Shown: positions 14,001 to 25,457 of the stretch, piece by piece
Position numbering within the stretch: position 1 is the first letter of the stretch
How the letters are laid out: the number at the start of each line of letters is the position of its first letter
Source: Plasmodiophora brassicae
Taxonomy: Eukaryota
Assembly (NCBI GenBank): GCA_036867785.1
Contig: CP145409.1
Location: 434,001 to 498,000 of the forward strand
DNA: 64,000 nucleotides
Direction of reading: 5' to 3'
Program-made: the position numbers and the translations under genes
Notes under the pieces: generated by a model
Databases searched by the model: none
Seen by the model: the letters and a program-made list of their open reading frames with translations, nothing else
What the model was told of the DNA's origin: nothing

Positions 14001-15605
14001 CTTGTAGATTTGAGGCGGTGTGACGACGATGCCGGGGACAGCATTGGTGGGCTCTTGAGACGTTGCCGCCCGTTCGTCTTCCGTAGCGTGAAGAGGGACT
14101 TCCTGACGGCGATCGCTGACATCACAGCAGACATGTCTTGGCGTCCTCCTGTCCTCCATTTCAATAGGATGGATCTGTCGCTGAAACATCTCCTACCTGA
14201 CTGCGATTTCGTGCACGACACGTTCTTTGGGAATGCATATTTGCAGATGCGTGATTTGAGCCGAACCGATCTGCGACCTCCTCGGCCCAGCGGTACGGAT
14301 CCGTTCTTGGCATTTGAAGTTATGTTCGAGGGCGAAGATGTGGTTGGGCAAGGCGGTCCTTATCGGCAATTGTTTAGCGATATGAGTACCGAACTTCTAA
14401 CTCCCTTCAGCCCGCTTTTCGTTCCATGCCCCAACCAGCAAGGGTAGTCATTGTGGGTGCAGTGTGATGTTGCCAGGTACCTAATTTGGGGTCGTAGTGG
14501 TATCGGAGACAATCAGGACATGTTCGTTATCAGGCCGTCCGCTTCTGCGTCATCGTCGACTATGGCCCTGTTCGAGTTCCTTGGTGTTATACTGGGTATG
14601 TGGACTGAGAGGCTCAGACTCCATCCGTGCTGAGCGTGGCGACAACTTGTGCAGGCTGCTGTATTCGGACCGGTGTTCGCGTCAGTCTACGACTTCCACC
14701 GTTTACCTGGAAGCCAATGGTGCTGGACACAATCACGCCTGCTGATCTAGCCAGTGTGGACCGACAAACGTCTCTGGTGCTGCAACTTGTCGCGACGATT
14801 GAAGAGGATATTTTCTCTGATACCATCGACGAAACATTTTCTACTCCTCTAAGCGACCGAAGTACCGTCCTTCTTCGTCCTCATGGTGACACACAGCGGG
14901 TTCAGTGCGAAGAACGGCAAGAGTATATTCGTCTAGTTCATCAAGCGCGGTCTAACGAAGCTGCGCCTCAAGTGGCCGCCATTCGTCGAGGGATTGACAA
15001 AGTGATCCCCGTCCAACTCCTGAACTTGCTGCTGTATTCCGAACTGGAATTACTCGTTAATGGCAAGCATGACGTTGACATTGACCTACTTCGGCGTCAT
15101 ACCCGTAAGATCGTACAGCTTAATGGAAAATGTGTCCCCTCAGGCGTATCGTCATGTATAGGGTACAGCGGTGTATCCCCTGACGCTCCTCATATCGACT
15201 ACTTCTGGTCTGTGCTTCGTTCATTCTCACATGATGATCGAAGGCGGTTCATTCGGTTTACATGGGCTCAAGAGAGGCTGCCTGTTGATGACGAAGGTAA
15301 TTTGCCATAATCTGAGGCATTGCTTACTATATGAATGATTTGTGCGCTTCGTAGAGTTCCTGCGCACACATACTCGCCTGCTGATCAAGTCGACGTCGTC
15401 ATCAGTCAGTCCAGACAGCCGGTTCCCGCGTGCCGACACGTGTTTCTTTAATCTCGACCTTCCTGCGTACTCGTCGCAGGAAATACTGCATCAGCGGCTT
15501 CTGTTCGCGATAACGCATACTGATTCGATGAATGCTGATGTCGTCGCCGACGACCCTCGGGATGCAAACATCCGCGTGAACGACTTTTCCAACATGATTC
15601 CATAG
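2029..15605 (+). CDS. Giant multi-domain HECT-type E3 ubiquitin ligase (multi-exon)
   Basis: Long + strand ORFs joined by short GT-AG introns. Motifs: HECTD4/MYCBP2-like N-terminal segment ([20 protein letters not shown]), ESSHPY segment (~5595), SPRY ([34 protein letters not shown]), RanBP2-type Zn finger ([24 protein letters not shown], ~12030), HECTD1-like discoidin/SUN-type domain ([38 protein letters not shown]), HECT ([43 protein letters not shown], with catalytic Cys). Start codon approximate. Confidence 0.9.
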
Positions 15606-16006
15606 AGCTCCCAGCTTCAATGTCTATCCGACAGCCATCTAACCATATACTATCGTTTCTATGCATGAATCTGTCGGTAGCGTATGCGGCATCAGGTTTC
15701 GAGACGGGAAGTGCCAGGCGACATTTGGTCGATCTTCAGCACGCCGCCGAACCTAGTGTACTTGAAGTACGGTTATCCAGGAAATAGGATATGCATCCAT
15801 GAGCTCGTGCGCCATGCGTCCAGGTCATCCCGCCCAATCGCGCGATACACCAAGTGGCCGGCGGACGGCCGTCTGCACTGTGAGCGTCGTCCGATGTTAG
15901 GGCGCGTGGCCATATAATGACCACAAGTCCGCAGCGCAGTCCGTGCCCATATTGAGGCGATATCGAATTCAGGTGGCGTTCCTGACCGCCGGTAGAAGCC
16001 GTCGCC

Positions 16007-16450
16007 ATGGTGATCAAGACGGAAACGTGCTTCTACAGTGAGACGAAGATCTACCCCGGGCACGGGACGCAGTTCGTCCGGAAGGATGGCAAATTGCTGC
16101 ACTTCCAGAACAGCAAGAACGCGTCGCTGTACCACCAGGGCATTAAGGCCATGCGCCTGACCTGGACCATGGCCTGGCGCCGCCTCAACAAGAAGGTCCG
16201 TGTCGACATCGTCAGCAAACGACGCGCGAAGCGCAAGGTCCGCATTCAGAAGCCCGTTGCCGGCCAGTCGCTCGAGGACCTTCGTAAGAAGCGCGCCGCC
16301 CGCCCGATCCTCCGCAACCTCGCCAAGGAGGCCCAGGCGCGCGAGGTCAAGGAGCGCAAGAAGACGGCGGCTTCGAAACCGGCCGGCAAAGCCGCCGCCT
16401 CCAGACCCCAACAACCCAAGATGAAGTTCTCCAAGAAGGGCACACGCTAA
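16007..16450 (+). CDS. RPL24: 60S ribosomal protein L24 (eL24), intronless
   Basis: KTETCFYSETKIYPGHGTQFVRKDG..LTWTMAWRRLNKK, basic C-terminal tail, strong GC3 codon bias. Confidence 0.95.
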   Translation: MVIKTETCFYSETKIYPGHGTQFVRKDGKLLHFQNSKNASLYHQGIKAMRLTWTMAWRRLNKKVRVDIVSKRRAKRKVRIQKPVAGQSLEDLRKKRAARPILRNLAKEAQAREVKERKKTAASKPAGKAAASRPQQPKMKFSKKGTR

Positions 16451-16730
16451 ACCTGAACGTCCTCATCCCGTATCTCTCGTTCTGACGTATAAAGCCTGCT
16501 GCCGCCCTGCTGGCAGTCCGTCCGATTCGAAACGTATGTTGCAGCGTAGCGATGCCGGCGATCGATGGTGAAAAGGCCGACTTGTTGCAAATACCGAGCC
16601 TAATTCGCAGGCTGGGAGTCACAGGTGCCGTTGTACGGTCATCATTGTGTGTCGGGCGTGTAGGTAGAACGAACCAAGGCATCATCAGTTGCTCCGGTGG
16701 TTGCGACGCGTCGCCCGATCCGGCGGCGCA

Positions 16731-18080
16731 ATGACGCCACCGACGCATACCGACGACGACGACAACATCGTCGATCCATCGTTTGCGGAGGATCTGCCCA
16801 AGTTCCCGGATGGCGGTGATGAGGCGCCCCTCGAGTCGCATACGTACCTGCGGGTGCTGGCGTCCGGCGTGGCCGCCGCGCTGGCCGAATCAGTTAAGCA
16901 GCGCGCCGATACGGGGACCGACCGGGCCCGATTGAACGGATGGTGCTGTCGGTGCAGAGCACGTACCCGTTCGATTTCGTCAAGACGCAGATGCAGGCGC
17001 AGCGCCTGAGCAGGCCCGTCGAGGAGTTCGGCACAGGCAGCACCCAGATGGGCTTCAAGGAGATCCACGTGTTCCGGAAGCTGGACCCGGCTGGTGCGAT
17101 CCGGACCGCAGAGAGGATCGTTCATCGAGATGGTACCGCCGGAGGGGCGCACACCACCGATTGACAGACGTGGTCGCACCTGACCATATCATTCAGGTGT
17201 CCTTGGATTCTACCGAGGCCTGCCCGCTGCCTTGATGAGGGCCGTATTCAACAATGGCCTGTCGTTGGCGCTGTATAAGCCGCTGCTACGATTGGTGACC
17301 GGTCGCGACATTCACGATCGTCGACCGTTCCACTCCGAGCTGAGGCATAAATTAACAGCCGCGTTCCTGACCGGCGGCCTTAGTCAGCTCATCGCCAATC
17401 CCGTCGACATCATCAAGGTCCCTTGTCTGACTCGTTTGCTGGTCGGCAGTGCTGATCTGTATTGCTGCTGCCCACCAGGTTCGACTGCAAGTGGAAAGCC
17501 TGCGAAGCAAACCGCGATTCAGGTCAACCGCGGGGGCATGCCAGGTAAGATGGCGGTTCGTCTGGTCACCCGATCGTATCGGTAAACACTGTCGTGCTCT
17601 ATCAGCACATTTACAGGACAGGGTTCCTGAACTTCTGGACCGGCCTGGGCCCTTCGTTTACCAGGTCCGCGCTGGCGGTCGGGTCCACGATTGCCACGTA
17701 TGACCACACGAAGCACTGGATAATGGATACGTTCCAAGTCGAGGATGGCATGCCACTCCATGTTGCGTCCAGTGCAACTTCAGGGTACCCCTCGACACAT
17801 CATCCGTCTTTCCGGGTCGCTGACCGATGAGCGCAGGCTAGTGGCGTCATTTGCGTCGTGCCCGGCCGACGTTCTGAAAACGAGGATCATGACCCAGTCG
17901 CTAACGAACCCGGAGTACAGGACGGTCATGCGCTGCCTAATGGCCATCCTGAAGAACGAAGGCCCCATGACCCTATTCCGCGGGTTCCTCCCCACGTATA
18001 TCCGCCTGGGGCCCTGGCAGGTCGTCTTCTTCACATCCTTCGAGCGCATTTCATTACTACTGGGAGGGTCCACCATATAA
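16731..18080 (+). CDS. Mitochondrial carrier (SLC25), UCP/dicarboxylate-carrier-like, multi-exon
   Basis: Three carrier signatures PFDFVKTQMQ, PVDIIKVRLQ, PADVLKTRIM; C-terminal LFRGFLPTYIRLGPW; ATYDHTK. Confidence 0.9.
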
Positions 18081-18335
18081 TATATTCGCCGTGAGTCGAT
18101 AGATCGTATCGTTTCCGATTCGGTCTCCTGCGTAAGTACTGTACAGACAGCGGCCGTGTGTGAGCGCCTCAGCGATCGATTTGTGGCACGCGGCCCATGC
18201 GGTTTTCACGTCTTTTTGGACTGAAGACGTGACTGGCCGGATGACGTGACCGGTGCAGTCCAAGCCACGTGACAGGCTGCCCCGAGAGTGGTCGGTGGTC
18301 GCGGTTCGCGCATCGCCACGTCCTTACCGGGTGCC

Positions 18336-20999
18336 ATGGAGCGAATCGGGCGGTTGATGCGCCAGGTCGGCGACAGGAGGGAGGGGCAGGTCCGGGTCAG
18401 CCCGGTGGCGACGATCTCAACGGATTCGGCGCCGTCGAACGCGACGCTTACTGCGATCCGTCGGCACCTGCCGGCGTTCGTGCGGGAGGCGCTGCCGTTC
18501 TCTGGCGTGAAAATACTAGCGAGCGATCTGGATTTCGATTCCGAATTGATGTGGCGGACGCTCGACGTGTACCACCTGGAGCTTCGCAAGCAGGCGCTGG
18601 AACTATTGGCGAATGACCCGCTTCTGGCCATTAAGCACACTCTTGGCCGCTCCATCGACGAGCAGCGTGATATCACTGTGAAGCAGATGATGGTGTACGC
18701 ACGTGCGAAATTCTATCGATTTCAGGACATGTTCGAGTAGGGGAGCACACCGTATCGTCCTGTCATCGTCCGCAGGCTGACGCGTCGTGTTTGTCAGGGA
18801 TCCTCTTCGTTGGGTGACCCTGGTCGAAATTGTGAGATGCGCATCCGGGATGTCTCGCGCTTGGCTCACAATTGGGTGGATAGTTGTACTATCACGGATG
18901 CACACTGGCGACTAAGTTTGGCGTGAACTTCGGCCTCTTTGGAGGTAGAACGCGTCGTGCAAACGTGTTTGTCAGTACAGGTGACGGGTGCATCCAGGAA
19001 CGGTGATGAACATGGGCAGCGATGAGCAACGCCACAAGTATGCGGCGGGGATTGCTGACATGTCCATTCTCGGCGGGTTCGGGTTGACGGAACTTGGGCA
19101 CGGGTCCAATGCCCGTGATGTCGAAACTATCGCGGAATACGACCATTCCACTCAAGAGTTTGTGCTGCACACGCCGACCGAGACGGCCCAGAAAATCTTC
19201 ATCGGCAACTTTGCCTGTCACGCCAACCACGCTGTCGTATTTGCCCAGCTATTTGTTGACGGCGTTCACCAAGGCGTTCACGTATTTCTATTTCGTATAC
19301 GAAATGCGGATGGGTCTCTGTGTGAGGGCGTCCGTATCAAGGATTGTGGTATCAAGTCCGGTCTTCAAGGGGTCGACAATGGACGGCTTTGGCTGGACCG
19401 CAAGAGGGTTCCACGCGATGCGATTCTATCGCGGTTCGGAAGAATTGACGCGAAGGGCCAGTACCAGTCCGAAATTCAGCACAAAGGCGTTCGCTTTACG
19501 ACCATGATAAGCGCCCTTGTCGCTGGCCGCGTGACTGTAGCGCAGGTTCGTTAGCTGAATTATACAACGCCGCAAGGGACTAACACTCTTCCTACAGGGC
19601 GCTTTGAACATTTCAAAGGTTTCATTGATAATTGCCATTCGCTATGCCCTCTCCCGAAGGCAATTCGGCAAAGCCGATGGTGGGGAAACGCTGCTGTTGG
19701 ATTACCTTGGTCATCAACGTCGCCTCTTCCCCCTGTTGGCCAAGACATACGCTCTGCAGTTCGCCATTAACGACGCAAAGCAGCTCTGGTTCAATGGTCA
19801 GACCGCTGGGTTACTTTGGTTCGTTTGCCTAATGGTGTTACACAGACCCGGATCCCAAAGAGCTCCATGTTCTTGCAGCAGCGTTGAAACCCGCGATGAC
19901 CTGGCACCGGACCAAAACGCTGCAGGAATGTCGCGAGGCTTGTGGAGGAATGGGGTTCATGGCGGCTAACCGCATTGGCCCGTTAATGAATGATTCAAAC
20001 ATCGACGTCACCTGGGAAGGTGATAACAACGTGGTATGTTGGAGATGCGTTTGCGAGCATGCCACCCATTGGTCTAAGTCCATGGGCGTGTAGTTATTGC
20101 AACAGGTCGCCGCTGCCTTGCTGAAGGAGTTCAGGGAACAACTCAGCGCCGGACACGGTACTGGTTTGCATGCGTTGCTTTACCACAGAACTTACCTTAA
20201 GAACAGGTTTTGTTGGCTTATTGTCGTACTTTGGGCGTCAGCTGAACATGGAAATTCGCGACACGAACCCTGTTACTAAAGTTCGCTCCTCCGAAGCGCA
20301 CTTGAGAGACTTTGACTTCTTCAACAATGCGATGGAGTATCGCGAAGCCCGGTTGCTGCGGGCGCTTGTCAACAAACTGAACAGGTAGTACGGTTTGCTG
20401 TGCCAGATCGTCGAACACATCTCAGCGATGTACATCGTTAGGTTCTCCGGTTCTGATTCACAGGAGGCCTGGAACCGATGCCAGGACATTGTCAAGGAGC
20501 TGTCTCAAGCTCACATTGATCGTATCGTAGTTTCGTCGTTTACTTCTGCTGTCGACCGTGCCGACGAATCTCTTAAACCAGTCCTGCACATTCTGTGCGC
20601 TTTGCATGCGCTGTGGACTATTCAAGGTTTGGCATTGCAATTGTCCCAACATTGTGTTCGTGACTCCCCTGGTCAGAGAACATGGGGTTCTTCATGACGT
20701 TCAACTATTTCAGCCAGCTGAAGGTTTGTCGACTGGTCGGGCTGGTGGATATGCCAATGAACCTTCTGTCAACAGGTGAAGGCGATTTGGAACGAGATCA
20801 ACCGTCTCCTGGCTGCGTTGCGCCCGCATGCTCGGAGACTCGTTGACAGTTTTGGCATCCCAGAGAAGGTTCGTGTCCGCAATTCGGCGCGCCGGCACGC
20901 AACCAACGACTCGCCTTGTTTGTACAGCTCATCGATGCGCCTATTGCTGGCGATTGGGTCGCCGCCTACAGTTATCCGAACGTGCCCGACGGGCACTGA
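18336..20999 (+). CDS. Peroxisomal acyl-CoA oxidase, multi-exon
   Basis: GGFGLTELGHGSNARDVETIAEYD, KIFIGN, GLQGVDNGRL, IAIRYALSRRQFG, LQECREACGGMGF, catalytic TWEGDNNV, LRPHARRLVDSFGIPE; last exon ends ...PNVPDGH at TGA 20997-20999. Confidence 0.93.
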
Positions 21000-21327
21000 G
21001 AAACTGGCGGTTATGTGAGTTCGTAATAAACGTGTGGCCTCTACGTTGCTGCACAGGTTTAAGAGCGCTCTGTGCGTAAGAGGTATATGTCGTTGACAGG
21101 TTGGGTTTCGAAGGAAGAGGACACGAGCGAGCCGCGTTAGCAAACATTGAAACGTTTGGGTTACGGCTGCGACCACACCTGCAATCGTCTGCCGGGTTGT
21201 TGAACGAGCAACGGTACCTCGTCTCGGAAGTGGACGACAGGTGCATCGTGACAATCTGCAACCGGGTGCCAACGTCCAGCCGTCCTCGGTAAAGTGGTGT
21301 TATGGACGCGCTGGCGAATAGTGTCAG

Positions 21328-22108
21328 TTACAGTTTATGGAAAAGCTGGCGAATTGTTGGCGTATCCAAGTCCCCGAACACGAAGAGGAACACGATGTCA
21401 AGGCATTCGTTTGGGATCGCAATCCATCCTGCGTCTCGAACCGCGGTCATCACGGTGAGGTCGTGATCGCGCTCCTCCAGAAGATACTTAATCACACACT
21501 TTGGCACCGTGCACGGGTGCCCGATTAGACAGACAACCACGTCGCGATGGTGGCCTCTTGCCGCTCCCCTCAGTGCCTCGACGAGATTGGTGGACCGGCC
21601 GTCATTTAGGAGTTCTTGTACCACGCGGAGATGGCCCCTGGCTGCCGCCTGGCACAGGGCGCCGGAGCTCAACGCATCCGGATTGACACGCGCGTCTTCC
21701 AGCAGCATGGAAACCAATAGGCGGTCGCCGCGGCCTGCTGCTTGCCGAAATATCATTGACTCCATCGCACCTGGATCGCTTCCTTCCGCGCCCAGCAGCA
21801 ACGCGACGATATCGTAGTGCCCGTGCTCGGCTGCCGTCAGCACAAGCTGTGGGCTCATTTCCAGCCTGCCCAGCATCGCGCGGACGACGTCGGCCTGGCC
21901 ATGGACAACCGCGTAATGCAATGCTGACGTCGGTTCGTCGCTGAGAAGACGCAGCACCGTTGCGACATCGCCAGCTGCAGCGGCTGTGCAGAGAAGGTCC
22001 TCGGTGTCTGCCACGTCTGCAATAAGAACTGGCTCTCCTGCATCCAGCGTATCCCATCGTACCTGGACGCGGAGCCGCCTTGGCTCGGCGAGCAGCACGC
22101 CACCACAT
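21328..22108 (-). CDS. Ankyrin-repeat protein
   Basis: Repeats ALHYAVVHGQADVV, AAEHGHYDIVALLL, AAARGHLRVVQELL. ATG at 22108; a 46-nt GT-AG intron 22017-22062 restores the frame (..APRP-D-VADTE..). Confidence 0.85.
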
Positions 22109-22261
22109 GCCTTGTCCCGATCGGCAATTATGATGATGACCAGACTTCGAGATGATAGCGCTGATTAATCCGGCTGGTTGCTGGTGCGTCTGCCTGCCAA
22201 TACTTATCATTGCGTTTCGTGAACGCCCCTGTTGCTAACATAACGCGAGCAGCGAACGTGT

Positions 22262-23329
22262 CTATTGTATCGTGCAGAAACACAGGTCGTCACTTGGTTG
22301 CCCCCTCGTCGCTGTTGCTCCATGATGATACCGTTGCTGTCCAGGGTATGCTCCCGGCGTGTGAGATCTGGCTGGCGTGTCCGGATCGCTGTGCGACAGA
22401 TCCTGGAACACGTCATCGTAGTGCGTGATACGGGCAGGCCCGAAACTTCTCCATGTTATCCTTGGATCGGCCGCAGCGATATCAGCATTGGTGACGAGCT
22501 CGTACACCATACTGTGGTGCTTCAAAAGAACGAAGAAGTGGTTGTGGGCAAACAAGATGGACATTGCCCCTTCTGTAACAGCGTCAAGTCAGAGGTCCAT
22601 AGACACAGCTGATATCCAGTTAGAACCTGCCTCCCATATGCGATGCAACCAGGGATTGCCCGAGTAGTGTTTGCTGGCTAGACGTTTCCGATAGCCATCG
22701 CTGAAGGCATTGCTGGCGTTCTTTGTCCGGGTAGTCGGTGGCCGTGATGATGTTGGTGACCTGATTGTACGACATGTCGCTGATGGCAGATCGCAGCTGC
22801 TGGTCGTCACTGTCATACACCCATGTGTGCACGAGCTCAACGCCACACAGGTCGAACAGCTGCAACTCGACAGTGAATTCGAACGCCGAGCAGCTGGAAA
22901 AGATCGGGTTGACGTTAAGTCCTGTCTGGGTGCTCTCCAGGTTCCCCAGCACATCGTTCACCTGGTACCACGCATCAGAACGGGTGAACCGATGACTCAT
23001 CGTTGCCATAGAGAAGCACCTGCCGAAGGTAGTTCTCCACCTTTGATGGGCTCATCTCCGCTGCCCGAGCACTGAAGTACGACTGTAGCAAGCCGTGCAG
23101 TGTCGGGTACGACACGGTTGCCGTTCCCGCTGTCACGCTAATCCTATTGCCCAACAGAAGAACGTTGCACACCGCGATCAACGGGCAGGGGCCGTTCACC
23201 GACTGCAGCAGGATGGGGGTCTGACGACCCTCGTAACGTATCCACTTCACTGTGGACAGGCACCATTCAGATGATGAGCCTAGCTGTCATGAGAGCGCAG
23301 ACCGCACCTCTGTAGACAGCGGGCTCCAT
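22262..23329 (-). CDS. MINDY-1/2 (FAM63)-family deubiquitinase with C-terminal CaaX, multi-exon
   Basis: KWIRYEGRQTPILLQSVNGPCPLIAVCNVLLL (Gln, catalytic Cys), TGLNVNPIF..FEFT.EL.LFDL..VELVHTWVYD, LFAHNHF (His); ends CTIQ*. Confidence 0.85.
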
Positions 23330-23877
23330 GACACGTCCAGGACGCTGGATTCTAAAAACAATGCAGGTCACCACGCGCAGTTGTTCCCTCCCGACAGTCT
23401 AACCGCCCTACAGGCCAGTGTGTCAGGGGGCGGGGGCGCACTTAACGTTGCGGCAGCTGGACGGCGGCATGACCCGGCGCGGCGTGTTGGAGCAGTCGCG
23501 ACTGCGGCGGCGGCCGTGGCGGCTGGAATGTGCGAACCAGGTTGAGCCGGGGAGGCGGGGCGAACAAAATGTCCCCCGGACTGGGGCGCGGGGCGCACGC
23601 ACGCATCTGTACCTGATCGAGGGAGGCGGGGAGGGCGAAAAGTTGCCGCCGTGGGTAGCGCGTGGATAATCCCCCCGCGGCGGTCGCTTCCGTGCGCCCC
23701 GGCATTGTTGGACCCCGTCCCTGCACGACCAGCATCTGCCATCCAGGTGGGCAGGCGAGGCGCTGCATGGCCATTCCGTGAGGGCGCGATATTTGAAACC
23801 GGGCTGCTGCAGGCGTTGCTGTGTGACTGGTCTAGGGCGGCCGATACAGACGTGGCCCGGCGACGCCAATCGGGGGT

Positions 23878-25171
23878 ATGCGGCGTCGGGAGACGGGCGA
23901 TGCCGGTCCCGCTTGGCAGGCGGCGCGGACGCACGGGCGCAATCGCTTCTCGGGCATGCGTGTCAAGGCCGCCATTGACATGCACGACGCGCACCTCGCG
24001 CATAAGCTGCCGCTGCTGAAACGACGGTCGGATATCACCGAGATGATCCTCGCCGACGGCCTTCTGCTGGCGCTGACGCAGACCGGCGTCTGCGTCGCGT
24101 TCGCCAGGCATCAGGGCATGCGTCGCCTGTGCTACCTGAATATCGCCGAGGACGAGATCATCAGGTCGCTGTTCCACAACAAGGCGAACAGGACAATCAT
24201 CACCGTATCCGTCTTCAGGAGCGATAATTACACGTCGCTGAAATGCAGATCGACCAGTATCGACAGCATCGAGCAAGGCAGGCCGCAGGACGGCCGACCC
24301 GTGTTCGACAGCGAGTCGCTACGATACCCAGGGTTCATCGAATTCGACGAAGTCAATTCGAAGGTGATCACGTTCTCCGCCGACAACAGGTACGGCCATG
24401 TCGCGTTGCTCGTGACTGTTAAATCGGGCAAGCGGCTGACACTCGACACGACGCAGCCATTACACGATCTGGGAGCTGACGAATTACACCGTCCTGCACG
24501 ATTTCTGTGATCACCGAATCAACGAGGTGAAGGTCTCGCTGGGGATCATGCTGCTCATCATGCAGCACACGAAATCGAGCCTGCCGCTGAAGTTGATTGA
24601 TATCGAGTCGGGCGCCGAGCTGAAATCGTTCCAGCATCTGCTGAAGCGTAACAGGAAGATCGATTTCGTGGAACTGTTCAGCGAGAAACTGCTCGTCAAG
24701 CAGTCGGGTGAACCGACGATGATCATTGACATTCGCAACGGGTCGTACGTTGAAATTCCCCATCATGAGTTCCTGACGCCGTCCGCCTTCATCTTCCTGT
24801 TTGAGAACCAGTTGTTCCTAACGTTCAGAGAGGGTGTGATATCGGCGTGGAACTTTCGTGGTCAGCTTGTCACTCGCTTCGAAGACCATCTTCTGTTCAA
24901 CCCGGACTCGCACACGAGTAGCATTGTCATCACCCGGTCGCAGGACACCATCATATCGTACTGTGCCAACGACAGGAGCACACGCGGCAGCATCAATGTC
25001 TCCAGTGTCTTCACCGGCAGGCTGCATGGCAAGATCTCGTGCAGCGACAGTGATGGTGACGTTATCCGCGGCGCCGCCCTGGATAGCGTCACCTCCCTAT
25101 GCTATTGCGAGGAAACGAGCACGATCTACACCGGCAACAGCAACGGCATGGTCTACTCTTGGGGTCATTAA
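23878..25171 (+). CDS. WD40/beta-propeller-like protein of a plant/protist family
   Basis: LNIAEDEIIRSLFHNK..SLKCRST..FDSESLRYPGFIEFDEVNSKVIT..FLTPSAFIFLFENQLFLTFR..WNFRGQLVTRFEDH..IYTGNSNG. Intron 24390-24456 joins the two ORFs. Resembles Arabidopsis At3g54190-type proteins as I recall them. Start uncertain. Confidence 0.75.
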
Positions 25172-25457
25172 CACGAGGCCCCAGTCCGAGACGGAAGGTG
25201 CTACCCCCCGTTTCCCCTCTATTTAACTCACTGTTAGCTATCTCTAAACTGCTCCTCAATAATCTTGTATCGTCCGGGACAGGCCACTTGAAATTGGGCA
25301 TTTCCTAAAAATAGCTCCTGAAGCACATTTTACGTCAATGTGGAGACATATTTCGCCGGATCCAGTTCAGGCGACCTGAACGTGCCCTGGGAACCACAGT
25401 GGCGTTCGGCGTCGCCATCCTGCAGTTCTGCGGACTCCGTATGGCTATGCGGGGAAC

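Noticed and set aside
2029-15605. Horizontal origin of the HECT and Sec7 genes because they look less GC-rich
   Set aside because: Both are core eukaryotic genes with the same intron style as their neighbours. Weaker codon bias in long genes is a simpler explanation.
15773-16414. 213-aa antisense ORF over RPL24, and similar shadow ORFs over the coiled-coil, PDE and SPC25 genes
   Set aside because: Expected by-product of high GC3 codon bias; no independent protein features.
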